Virus record (IMG/VR): IMGVR_UViG_3300033076_000213
Location: 1-26,614 of that record
Length of the DNA stretch: 26,614 bases
Strand: one strand, 5' to 3'
From: a virus
Taxonomy: Duplodnaviria; Caudoviricetes
The translations under genes and the position numbers were made by a program. Position 1 is the first letter of the stretch. Each line of letters opens with the position of its first letter. The notes under the pieces were generated by a model that did no database searches, was not told the DNA's origin, and worked only from the letters and a program-made list of their open reading frames with translations. Positions 7,569 to 16,274 of this stretch are shown piece by piece.

Positions 7569-9062
7569 ATGTCCAGCACATACTCACCCGATTTACGCAT
7601 CGAACTCATCGGCACCGGCGACCAAGCCGGTGTCTGGGGCGCGACAACAAACAACAACATGGCCTATGTTCTAGAACAGGCCATTGCCGGGTACGTGTCT
7701 GTAGCCGTAGCCTCAGCGAATCAAGCGCTCACATACCTCAACGGTGCAACAGCTACGGCAGCTGATAATCAATCAGTCCATGCGTCGATCGCCTTGACCA
7801 CATCAACAGGCGCTAACTTTGCTGTTTATGCTCCACCTGCATCCAAGCAGTACACGATCTACAACGCGTCGAGCTACACCGCTACCATCTACAACTCAAC
7901 TGTAATCGGCAACACAACCGCTGCTGGTACAGGCGTAGCAATCCCCGCTGGTAAGACCATGACTGTGTGGAGTGATGGCACAAACTTTGCCCAGCAAAAC
8001 ACACATCTGACGTCACCTTCATTTACAACACCAACACTGGGTACGCCTGCATCGGGTACGTTGACAAACTGCACTGGCCTACCTGTCTCAACAGGCGTGT
8101 CTGGCTTGGGTTCCGGTGTGGCGACATTCTTAGCGACGCCTTCAAGCGCAAACTTGGCTGCGGCTGTTTCTGATGAAACTGGTTCAGGATCGCTGGTTTT
8201 TGCAACAAGCCCAACCTTGGTGACTCCCGCGTTGGGAACACCTTCTTCCGCCACTTTGACAAATGCTACAGGCCTACCGATTTCCACGGGTGTGTCTGGA
8301 TTGGGTTCTGGTGTGGCTACGTTTTTGGCAACACCATCATCTGCCAATCTTGCAGCAGCAGTAACAGATGAAACGGGGTCTGGCGCATTGGTTTTTGCAA
8401 CAAGCCCAGCATTAACAGGCGTACCCACCGCGCCTACGGCAACGTATGGAACCAGCACAACACAGCTAGCTACTACAGCGTTTGTGCAAGCTGCGCTGCA
8501 ACTGCTTTACCCCATCGGTTCTATCTATTCCAGCACAGTCTCTACTAACCCCGGAACGCTATTTGGCTTTGGTACGTGGGTTGCCTACGCTGCTGGTCGA
8601 GTACTGCTTGGTACAGACGGAAGCACTTACACTGCCGGTGCTACTGGCGGCTCCGCCGATGCTATCGCAGTTGCGCACACTCACACATTCAGTGCAACAT
8701 CCAGTGGGCAAAGTCAAACGCACACGCACACCGTTTCTATTACTGACCCCGGCCACTATCACCAAGTCAACTCAAACGCTGGTGCAGACAGTATTGCACG
8801 CGGTATCGCTCCGGGTACTGGGTATTCTGTTGCGGGTATCGGCGGTATTGTTAACGGTGGTACGGGCGCGTATTACACAAATGACTCCGCAGGTAACCAA
8901 GTCATCGCAAACGCCACAACAGGAGTTACTGCTTCTGCGGGTAACGCCTCACAAGACCACACTCACAGCGTGTCTGGTACAACAGGTTCTACTGGTAGTT
9001 CTGGCACAGGCGCAAACTTGCAGCCGTATGTGGTCGTGTATATGTGGAACCGTACCGCCTAA
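7569..9062 (+). CDS. Tail fibre/short fibre protein with T4 gp10 C-terminal-like (collar/tip) domain
   Basis: SD AAGGA; N-terminal MSSTYS.DLRIELIGTGDQAGVWG; PTAPTA..GT.TTQLATTAFV; LYPIGSIY...NPGTLFGFGTW...GRVLLG; HxH metal motifs (HTH, HTH, HYH, HTH); ends NLQPYVVVYMWNRTA. Confidence 0.85.
   Translation: MSSTYSPDLRIELIGTGDQAGVWGATTNNNMAYVLEQAIAGYVSVAVASANQALTYLNGATATAADNQSVHASIALTTSTGANFAVYAPPASKQYTIYNASSYTATIYNSTVIGNTTAAGTGVAIPAGKTMTVWSDGTNFAQQNTHLTSPSFTTPTLGTPASGTLTNCTGLPVSTGVSGLGSGVATFLATPSSANLAAAVSDETGSGSLVFATSPTLVTPALGTPSSATLTNATGLPISTGVSGLGSGVATFLATPSSANLAAAVTDETGSGALVFATSPALTGVPTAPTATYGTSTTQLATTAFVQAALQLLYPIGSIYSSTVSTNPGTLFGFGTWVAYAAGRVLLGTDGSTYTAGATGGSADAIAVAHTHTFSATSSGQSQTHTHTVSITDPGHYHQVNSNAGADSIARGIAPGTGYSVAGIGGIVNGGTGAYYTNDSAGNQVIANATTGVTASAGNASQDHTHSVSGTTGSTGSSGTGANLQPYVVVYMWNRTA
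8037..8408 (+). repeat. Tandem duplication, 195-nt (65-aa) period, two copies
   Basis: LGTP...GLP.STGVSGLGSGVATFLATPSSANLAAAV.DETGSG.LVFATSP starts at 8037 and at 8232. Protein copies are nearly identical while many third positions differ. Confidence 0.92.
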
Positions 9063-9065
9063 GAT

Positions 9066-9803
9066 GTGGACCCAATCAGTCTTCTCCTCATGGCGCAAAG
9101 TGCAGTCGGTGCTATCCGCGCTGGTTGCCAAATGCTTTCAGAGGGGAAGGCTGAAATTGGCAAGTTCAAAAAGCAAGTCGAAGGTGGGGTTGCCGACGCC
9201 AAAGCCATCTACAAAGAAGTCACAGGGCTTTGGAGCTGGATTGTTGGATTATTTCGAGGCGCAGAACAAACTAAACCTGTACCTGAAAAACAAGCTACTA
9301 CCCCAACCGAGGCAGCCAAATCACCCGAGAAAAAATCCAAGCGCCAACCAGAACCAGAATTAAGTTACGAGGAGTTTCAAGCGCGTGCAGTGCACGAAAT
9401 CTGCGAAAATTTAAAGGTCTATTTTGAAGCCATGAGGCACCTCAAAGCACACTGCCGGGAGCTAGATGAGCAAGCGCTTACAACAGACAAAGTTGCCGAT
9501 AGTGCGATCGACCGAATTGAGATTCAGTGGCAAATGGACCAACTATCAGCACAACTCAAACAAGCCATGATTTACGGCACACCTGAGTCTTTGGGGTTGG
9601 GTTCGTTGTACAAAGAGTTTCTTGTAAAGTACGACGAGATTCTTGAAGAACAGGAAGTTGCGCGTGAGCTGAAGGCTAAGAAAGAGCGAGATACAAGATG
9701 GCGACTAGAGCAACGCAGAGAAATTCTGGTAGCCAAGGGAATGTACGCAGTGGTAGTGACAATCGCGGCCCTGTGGATGACTGGACTGTATTCCGTTCTA
9801 TGA
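9066..9803 (+). CDS. Helical/coiled-coil protein with C-terminal transmembrane segment (lysis-cassette associated)
   Basis: GTG start 3 nt after the upstream stop; MDPISLL N-terminal helix, charged helices, and hydrophobic GMYAVVVTIAALWMTGLYSVL. Confidence 0.75.
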   Translation: MDPISLLLMAQSAVGAIRAGCQMLSEGKAEIGKFKKQVEGGVADAKAIYKEVTGLWSWIVGLFRGAEQTKPVPEKQATTPTEAAKSPEKKSKRQPEPELSYEEFQARAVHEICENLKVYFEAMRHLKAHCRELDEQALTTDKVADSAIDRIEIQWQMDQLSAQLKQAMIYGTPESLGLGSLYKEFLVKYDEILEEQEVARELKAKKERDTRWRLEQRREILVAKGMYAVVVTIAALWMTGLYSVL

Positions 9804-9979
9804 AAGAGTTTTGGTTCTGGGTTGCGATCGTCACGCTGCTTATATTTTTGAATTTTGCAACGTGGCTCGGTCTTGTGCACATGGATAAGAAACTCAGCAA
9901 GACAGAAGCCTTGTGTGTGCGTTTTGAAGAAAAGGAAAAGAAACATGACCGAAGAAAAAAAGCCGCTGACGAGGAGTGA
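9800..9979 (+). CDS. Small membrane protein (59 aa; N-terminal TM, charged tail)
   Basis: ATGA overlap at 9800-9803; FWFWVAIVTLLIFLNFATWLGLV followed by a Lys/Glu-rich tail. Confidence 0.65.
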   Translation: MKEFWFWVAIVTLLIFLNFATWLGLVHMDKKLSKTEALCVRFEEKEKKHDRRKKAADEE

Positions 9980-10448
9980 GCTTGAGATCATCATCAAGCG
10001 CCGCGCTGCTGTGCTGCTCATCATCTTGGCCGCACTCGTGGCCGTTAATAGCTTCTTCAAAGATGGTAACTCTGGCCGCATCATGAAGGACATCATTGCT
10101 GCCAACAACCAATGGGCTTGGTACCAAGCGAAGAACGTTCGCGCCGCCATCTACAAGACAACCGCTGATCTCGTTGCGGACAAGAAGTTGTCGCTGCACT
10201 ACCACGCAGAAGCGCAGCGCATGAATGATGACATGGACAAGATCAAAGACAAGGCTCTGGCACTTGAAACAGAGCAGAAGCTGTTGAGCATCAAAGCGCC
10301 TTACTACACCTACTCAGCCATGTTGATGCAGCTCGGGTTGGTTTTGTCCACCGCCGCCATTCTGGCTGTGTCTATGCCTTTGTTCTACTCCGCTGTTGCC
10401 GTCGGCTCTGCTGGTGTGGGCTTGTTTATTGTTGCTTTAGGAGTTTGA
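9945..10448 (+). CDS. DUF4337-like membrane protein (167 aa)
   Basis: SD AAGGA before ATG 9945; one N-terminal TM, NQWAWYQAK motif, coiled coil and two C-terminal TMs. Confidence 0.7.
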   Translation: MTEEKKPLTRSELEIIIKRRAAVLLIILAALVAVNSFFKDGNSGRIMKDIIAANNQWAWYQAKNVRAAIYKTTADLVADKKLSLHYHAEAQRMNDDMDKIKDKALALETEQKLLSIKAPYYTYSAMLMQLGLVLSTAAILAVSMPLFYSAVAVGSAGVGLFIVALGV

Positions 10449-10449
10449 G

Positions 10450-10926
10450 ATGCTGCCAGCCGTTATGTCGATTGTTTCTGGTTTGATAGCCAACAACATG
10501 CCCAAGGTGGCAGACGCCGTGATCGAGAAGGGTGTGGATTACGTGCAAGACAAGATGGGCATCACCCTGAAACCGGAGCATGAAGCCACCAAAGAAGACT
10601 ACGCCAAGTGGAACGCAGAAGCCGCCAAGCATGAAGAGTTCATGGCCGAGCTGGACGAGAAATCACGCCAGCGTGCCACAGATATGCAGCTCAAAGCGAT
10701 GGAGTCAGACGATCCGTTTGTGCGCCGCTTCCTGTACTACTTCATCGGCCTGTGGTCTACCTTCTCTGTCATCTTCATCCCATGCTTGATCTGGGCACCA
10801 ATCCCTGAAAGCAACGTGCGCTTTGCTGACACCATCCTCGGCTACGTGCTGGGCACTGTCGTTACTGGTATGTTTGCCTTCCTGCTGGGTTCCAGCCAAG
10901 GTTCACGTAACAAGGATAAAAAATGA
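10450..10926 (+). CDS. Holin-like membrane protein
   Basis: SD AGGAG; two TM segments ending in FLLGSSQGSRNKD; overlaps the endolysin start (ATGA). Confidence 0.65.
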   Translation: MLPAVMSIVSGLIANNMPKVADAVIEKGVDYVQDKMGITLKPEHEATKEDYAKWNAEAAKHEEFMAELDEKSRQRATDMQLKAMESDDPFVRRFLYYFIGLWSTFSVIFIPCLIWAPIPESNVRFADTILGYVLGTVVTGMFAFLLGSSQGSRNKDKK

Positions 10927-11585
10927 TCCCGACCAGAGAAATGCTGGTGGCCGTCAAGGTCAAAGACCCGGACAAGTGGCTGCCCCACATCATCAAGACT
11001 TGCGAAGAGTTTGAGATCAATACCCAGCAACGCATCGCCGCGTTCTTGGCGCAGACTAGCCACGAGTCCGCTGGCTACACCATGCTGGAGGAAAACCTCA
11101 ACTACTCGGATGTGACAATGGCCGCCGTGTGGCCAGCTCGTTTTGCTGTGATTGACCCCACAACAAAGAAGCCGAAGAAGGACGAGAAGGGGAAGAACAT
11201 CCCCAACTCGTTTGCCAAAGCTCTGCACCGCAAGCCCGAAGCCATCGCCAACGCCGTGTACTCGAACCGCATTGGCAACGGCACCATTGAGTCTGGCGAC
11301 GGCTGGAAGCACCGAGGAATGGGCCTAAAGCAGCTCACTGGCAAGGACAATCACAAGCGCTGTGGCGACTACCTCGGCGTGGACTTCGTGGCCAACCCTG
11401 AGAAATTGCTTGAGCCTGAGTTCGCAGCTCGTTCGGCAGGTTGGTTTTGGAAGACAAACAAGCTCAACAGTTTCGCCGATGCTGGCGACATCAAGGGCAT
11501 GACCAAGGTCATCAACGGTGGTCTAATTGGGTATGACCAGCGCCAAGCGCTGTACGATTCCTGCACTGGACAGTGCCGAGCCTAA
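10923..11585 (+). CDS. Endolysin, glycoside hydrolase family 19
   Basis: AAFLAQTSHES, EENLNYS, GDGWKHRGMGLKQLTGKDN, SAGWFW and TKVINGG are canonical GH19 phage lysin motifs. Confidence 0.93.
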   Translation: MIPTREMLVAVKVKDPDKWLPHIIKTCEEFEINTQQRIAAFLAQTSHESAGYTMLEENLNYSDVTMAAVWPARFAVIDPTTKKPKKDEKGKNIPNSFAKALHRKPEAIANAVYSNRIGNGTIESGDGWKHRGMGLKQLTGKDNHKRCGDYLGVDFVANPEKLLEPEFAARSAGWFWKTNKLNSFADAGDIKGMTKVINGGLIGYDQRQALYDSCTGQCRA

Positions 11586-11595
11586 GTGAGAAAAT
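11567..11595 (+). promoter_or_regulatory. Candidate sigma70-type promoter for the nozzle gene
   Basis: TGGACA (11567-72), 17-nt spacer ending in TGn, then GAAAAT (11590-95). The predicted start falls at about the ATG at 11602. Confidence 0.4.
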
Positions 11596-11601
11596 GCTGC
11601 C

Positions 11602-13560
11602 ATGCCTTTACAGAAACTCCAATTCCGCCCCGGTGTAAACCGTGAAGGCACTACCCTCGCCAACGAAGGCGGTTGGTTTGAGTGCGACAAGATTCGCTTT
11701 CGCTCTGGCTACCCTGAGAAGCTAGGTGGTTGGGTTAAAGACACAGGCACAGCGGAAGCTACGCTGCAACCACCAGCTGGTGCGTATTGGGGTGTTTGCC
11801 GTTCCATGTGGAATTGGAACTCACTGACAGGTAACAACCTATTGTCCTTGGGTACCAACCTCAAGTTCTACATCCAAAACGGTAATGGGGGTCAGTTCTA
11901 CGACGTGACACCTATTCGAGACACCAGCACGGTCGCATCCAATGCGTTCACCACGGTAAACGGCTCCACAACTGTGACTGTTAACGATGCTGGGTATGGT
12001 GGTCAAACAGGCGACTTCGTTACCATTTCTGGCGTTGGCGGTGCTGTCAACGGTATTCCAGCGTCTGCGCTGAACAAAGAGTTTCAGATCACTTACGTAA
12101 CAGCAAATACGTACACGATCACAGTAGGGTCTCCTGCCACATCTAGCGGCACTACTGGCGCTGCCACGTTCACCTACCAAATCACAACCGGCCTTGACAT
12201 TTACACAGTGGCTACAGGTTGGGGTTCTGGCGGTTGGGGCGGCTTTAACGAAGGCGGTACAAGCACTGGCTGGGGTCAGGCAGCGTCTACTGGCGGAGTC
12301 GGTCAACAACTGCGTCTATGGAGTCAGTCGAACTACGGCGAAGACTTGATCTTTGCCCCACGCGGTGGTGCGATGTACTACTGGGCTGTGACCGCAAACC
12401 CAAACATTTTTGACCGTGGCGTCATCATGGAAGCTGGCACGACAGTAAACGGCGCTGTCATGGACAGCACTACGCCATCGGTGACAAACTTGGTCTTAGT
12501 GTCGGACTCCTCACGTTTTGTGATTGCTATGGGTACAAATGACCCATCCGGCGTACTGTTTCCAACCACGCAAGACCCGTTGCTCGTCCGCTGGTCTCAG
12601 CAGGAAGAGTACTACACGTGGACCCCTGCGGCTACCAATCAAGCTGGTGACTACCGTCTAAGCCGTGGTTCAGAGATTGTGGCCGCGCAGCAAACACGCC
12701 AAGAGATTTTGGTCTTTACCGATGCCGCCGTGTACTCTATGCAGTACCTTGGCCCACCCTACGTCTGGGGTTTCCAGATCATGGGCGACAACATTTCAAT
12801 CGCTGGACCAAACGTTGTGTCGGTAGCAAACAACGTCACCTACTGGATGGGCGCGGACAAGTTCTATATGTACTCGGGTCGCGTGGAGACACTGCCTTGC
12901 GCGTTGCGCCAGTACGTATACGACGACATCAACATGCTCCAGTCGTACCAATTCTTCTCGGGTACAAACGAGGGCTACAACGAGGTGTGGTGGTTCTACT
13001 GCTCCGCCAACTCCAACACAGTCGATAAGTACGTGGTGTTCAACTACCTTGAACGCACTTGGTATTACGGCACGATGGCACGTACCTACTGGCTGGATAG
13101 CCCACTGCGTGAAGAGCCTATGGCCGCCGGGTATAACGGTCAGTTGCTTTATCATGAAACCGGTAATGACGACGGAACCACAACACCACCTAGCCCGATC
13201 GAAGCGTATGTGCAGTCTTCTGACTTTGACATTGGTGACGGCCACAACTTTGGTATGGTGACGCGCATCATCCCGGACTTGACCTTCGATGGTTCCGATT
13301 CAGCGCAGCCGACCGTGACGTTTACCGTGCGCCCACGCCAGAACCCCGGTACGAACTACGGCACATCGGATAGCCCTGACGTTGTCAGCGGCAACAACTA
13401 TGCCAACCAGCGCACGTACAACGTGCAGCAGTTCACGCAGTATGTCTACGTTCGAGTGCGTGGCCGCCAGATGGCGTTCCGTGTCGGGTCTTCTGACCTT
13501 GGTGTTGCTTGGCAGCTCGGTGCTCCGCGTCTTGACGTGCGCCCAGATGGACGACGCTAA
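11602..13560 (+). CDS. Tail nozzle/hub (P22 gp10 / tail tubular protein B-like)
   Basis: 652 aa beta-propeller-like pattern (LVRWSQQE, ILVFTD.AVYSM, YWMG..KFYMYSG.V, EVWWFY...YVVFNY..W), C-terminal RVRGRQ...DGRR; lies just before the needle and ejection genes. Confidence 0.8.
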   Translation: MPLQKLQFRPGVNREGTTLANEGGWFECDKIRFRSGYPEKLGGWVKDTGTAEATLQPPAGAYWGVCRSMWNWNSLTGNNLLSLGTNLKFYIQNGNGGQFYDVTPIRDTSTVASNAFTTVNGSTTVTVNDAGYGGQTGDFVTISGVGGAVNGIPASALNKEFQITYVTANTYTITVGSPATSSGTTGAATFTYQITTGLDIYTVATGWGSGGWGGFNEGGTSTGWGQAASTGGVGQQLRLWSQSNYGEDLIFAPRGGAMYYWAVTANPNIFDRGVIMEAGTTVNGAVMDSTTPSVTNLVLVSDSSRFVIAMGTNDPSGVLFPTTQDPLLVRWSQQEEYYTWTPAATNQAGDYRLSRGSEIVAAQQTRQEILVFTDAAVYSMQYLGPPYVWGFQIMGDNISIAGPNVVSVANNVTYWMGADKFYMYSGRVETLPCALRQYVYDDINMLQSYQFFSGTNEGYNEVWWFYCSANSNTVDKYVVFNYLERTWYYGTMARTYWLDSPLREEPMAAGYNGQLLYHETGNDDGTTTPPSPIEAYVQSSDFDIGDGHNFGMVTRIIPDLTFDGSDSAQPTVTFTVRPRQNPGTNYGTSDSPDVVSGNNYANQRTYNVQQFTQYVYVRVRGRQMAFRVGSSDLGVAWQLGAPRLDVRPDGRR

Positions 13561-14651
13561 TGGCTACGCTGAACACAAAGCAAAACCTCAACCCGACAAA
13601 GGCACCACTGCTGCCTTTGCCGACGACAGAGTACAGCCAACAATACCTTGAGCAGTTGACAAACGCGATGCGTTTGTATTTCAACCAGCTCGACAACCTA
13701 AGCTCTACGGTGCTCGGACCACAAGGCTCTCGGTTCCTTAACACACCGTACGGTGCGTTTTTTGATACTACAAGCCAGCACGACGGGTCAACCACCATCC
13801 CGTATGCGATGCGCTTGAACGAGACTTCGTATAGCAACGGTGTAACTATTGAGTCACGCAACGTAGTTTCTACGGCTTCTATTGCAACGACCACGCTGAC
13901 TTGCACGGGTATCACATCTGGTCGTTTTTACCCCGGCATGATTTTGTCAGGCACTGGTGTTACGGCTGGCACATATATCTATTTGCAGCTCTCTTCTACG
14001 GCCAATGATGTTGCTACCCCTACGTTTGTAAGCGGTGGTACGTCCGGGCAAGCCAAGTTTGTTTTGAGTAGTGTGGCAAATATTGAGGCGCGGCAATTTG
14101 TGTCTGGCACAGGTGTTCCTGCAAACACTCGCGTGGTATACGTTGATACAGGCACAAACGAAGTAACCCTAAGCGCTAACTTTACAGTGCAGGCATCTGG
14201 TACTTACACGTTCCGCCCTTGGGGATACCAAGGCACTTACTCGGTTTCACCATCGCAGACTGTCAGCAGCACGACAATCTCTGGTGTGACGGATTCAAAG
14301 ATCACAGTTGCCAATGCTGGCGTTTACAACGTGCAGTTCAGTGCTCAATTTGCCAACACCGATGCTTCGGAATATGACGCGGACGTTTGGTTGTCGGTTA
14401 ATGAGGTGGATGTGGCTGACAGCAATACACAGCTGACAGTGCCGAAAAAACATGGGTCTGTTAATGGTCATGCCATTGCTGCTTGGAACTGGTTCATTGA
14501 ACTTCAAGCCAACGACTATGTAGAAATTCGCTGGAGAGCTGAAAACTCTGCACTTTTTATCGAATACATTGGTACCCAGACCACTCCAATTCGACCGGCT
14601 GTCCCTTCAGTCATAGCCACAGTTTCGTTTGTGTCTTCGTTACCAGCATGA
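13560..14651 (+). CDS. Tail needle/knob-like protein with C-terminal jelly-roll (C1q/TNF-like) domain
   Basis: N-terminal LPLPTTEY plus helix (LRLYFNQLD-like); PYGAFFD...; ITVANAGVYNVQFSAQF...LQANDYVEIRW; follows the nozzle gene with TAATG overlap. Confidence 0.6.
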   Translation: MATLNTKQNLNPTKAPLLPLPTTEYSQQYLEQLTNAMRLYFNQLDNLSSTVLGPQGSRFLNTPYGAFFDTTSQHDGSTTIPYAMRLNETSYSNGVTIESRNVVSTASIATTTLTCTGITSGRFYPGMILSGTGVTAGTYIYLQLSSTANDVATPTFVSGGTSGQAKFVLSSVANIEARQFVSGTGVPANTRVVYVDTGTNEVTLSANFTVQASGTYTFRPWGYQGTYSVSPSQTVSSTTISGVTDSKITVANAGVYNVQFSAQFANTDASEYDADVWLSVNEVDVADSNTQLTVPKKHGSVNGHAIAAWNWFIELQANDYVEIRWRAENSALFIEYIGTQTTPIRPAVPSVIATVSFVSSLPA

Positions 14652-14657
14652 TAGACT
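14629..14657 (+). promoter_or_regulatory. Candidate sigma70-type promoter for the ejection module
   Basis: TTGTGT (14629-34), 17-nt spacer ending in TGn, then TAGACT (14652-57), followed by GAGG SD and ATG 14686. Confidence 0.4.
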
Positions 14658-14685
14658 TCACCAACCCCCAATTTACGAGGCTTTT

Positions 14686-15879
14686 ATGAGCTTGCACAAC
14701 GTAGCTAAACACATGGCCGCGCATGGCCGAGGTCCAGACACAGAGCTTATCCACATGTCAAAGGGTGAGATCGCAGGTCTTCAAGCCTTGGCAAAGGCAC
14801 ATGGTGGCTCCTTGACAATCAACCCAGAAACAGGTCTGGCAGAAGCAGGCTTTTTGGATAAACTGCTCCCCGCGATCATTGGTGCTGGCGCTGTGTATTT
14901 GTCTGGTGGCACCATCACCCCCATGATGGCCGGTCTCGGTATTGGCGGTATTGAAACTGCACGCACAGGCGATCTAGGTAAGGGTCTTATGGCCGGTTTA
15001 GGGGCGTATGGTGGCGCAGGTGCGCTTGAAGGTGTTGCGGGGTTAGGTGAGGCAGGTAGCGGTTTCGCAGGGAACTCGATGGGTACAAATGTGGCCGACG
15101 GAGCCAGTATGGTAGCCGCCAATCCAAGCGCTGGTCTCGCTGCTGTGGGTGGTAAAAACATTGCTATGGCCGCAGCGCCAGCAGTGGTCGATGCAATGCA
15201 GCCAGACATGCAGACCCCTCAAAAGTCAGACGCCATGATTCGCCCGTACGAATATTCGTACAACCAGCAAAAGCCAAAAAATATGCTTGGCGCTACGTAC
15301 ACACCGGGCCAAGACACCAGCGAACGCATGTGGTTCCAACCAGAATACACAGCGCTTGAGCCTTATAAAGCAGCCAGTGGCGGCCTGATGTCCTTTGCCT
15401 CCGGCGGTATGCCTGTCGAGCAAATGTCAAACGCCAATTCTGTTGGAGCCAACACAGGCTACCCAATGGCAGACGTCAATCAAGGCGCTTATGCAACACC
15501 TTGGCAAACACCTGTGTCGCGCAACGTTGTGGTTGACTCCGCCGATACTGGCGTGAACCAGCTGACCGGCGAAATGAATTTTGCTGCTGGCGGTGGTATT
15601 TCTTCACTTGGCAGCTACTCTGATGGCGGTCGTTTATTGAAAGGCCCCGGCGATGGTATGTCCGACAATATCCCTGCGTCGATTGGCGCGAAACAACCAG
15701 CCCGGTTGGCTGATGGCGAGTTTGTGGTTCCTGCTGATGTTGTTTCTCATCTTGGTAACGGCTCCACGGATGCTGGCGCAAGACAGCTCTACAAAATGAT
15801 GGACCGTATCCGCACTCAACGCACAGGCAAAAAGAAGCAAGCCCCCGAGGTCAACCCAGCTAAGGCGATGCCTGCATGA
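14686..15879 (+). CDS. Internal virion/ejection protein with tape-measure-like C-terminal module (397 aa)
   Basis: GAGG SD supports the ATG at 14686. GRGPDTELIH...TINPETGLAEA N-domain, Gly/Ala hydrophobic segment, AxGG motifs, and GPGDGMSD...LADGEFVV domain. Confidence 0.75.
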   Translation: MSLHNVAKHMAAHGRGPDTELIHMSKGEIAGLQALAKAHGGSLTINPETGLAEAGFLDKLLPAIIGAGAVYLSGGTITPMMAGLGIGGIETARTGDLGKGLMAGLGAYGGAGALEGVAGLGEAGSGFAGNSMGTNVADGASMVAANPSAGLAAVGGKNIAMAAAPAVVDAMQPDMQTPQKSDAMIRPYEYSYNQQKPKNMLGATYTPGQDTSERMWFQPEYTALEPYKAASGGLMSFASGGMPVEQMSNANSVGANTGYPMADVNQGAYATPWQTPVSRNVVVDSADTGVNQLTGEMNFAAGGGISSLGSYSDGGRLLKGPGDGMSDNIPASIGAKQPARLADGEFVVPADVVSHLGNGSTDAGARQLYKMMDRIRTQRTGKKKQAPEVNPAKAMPA

Positions 15880-16274
15880 TTATTCAGCACGTGCACCCAG
15901 ACCTAGTACCGCAGGTTTTGCCTGCGGTGCGTTCGCACATCGAAAGCGGTTTGGCGTTCACGGATAGTTGCAATGTTGACCATGCTTGCGCTTACCTTAC
16001 AACAGGTATGTGGACTTTGTTGGTTGCTGTTGACGACGGCATAAAAGGCGCGTACGTTTTGTCTTTTAGCAACACACCAACAGAGCGGACAGCTTTGATT
16101 GTGTCAGCCGCAGGTGCCGGTTTGGCCAGCCAAGCAGCCTTTGACCAAGTCAAAGACATTGCCAAGCAAATGGGTGCAACACAGATTCAAGTCCTTGCGC
16201 GTGATTCCGCAGCAAGGTTGTACAAACGGGTTGGGCTTACCGAAAAAGCCACTTTGATGGAGATAAAACTATGA
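15876..16274 (+). CDS. GNAT-fold protein (positional analogue of P22 gp14 / T7 gp13)
   Basis: 132 aa; AKQMGATQIQV...AARLYKRVGL resembles GNAT motif B; ATGA-coupled on both sides within the ejection genes. Confidence 0.6.
   Translation: MIIQHVHPDLVPQVLPAVRSHIESGLAFTDSCNVDHACAYLTTGMWTLLVAVDDGIKGAYVLSFSNTPTERTALIVSAAGAGLASQAAFDQVKDIAKQMGATQIQVLARDSAARLYKRVGLTEKATLMEIKL

Noticed and set aside
8482-9363. 293-aa alternative-frame ORF overlapping the fibre and the next gene
   Set aside because: No SD, and its composition looks like an off-frame read of Thr/Gly/Ala codons; both overlapped genes are intact.
9951-9962. A AAA AAG slippery heptamer in the overlap of the 59-aa and DUF4337-like genes
   Set aside because: A -1 shift only leads to the stop at 9979, the downstream gene has its own SD and ATG, and no stimulatory structure is evident.
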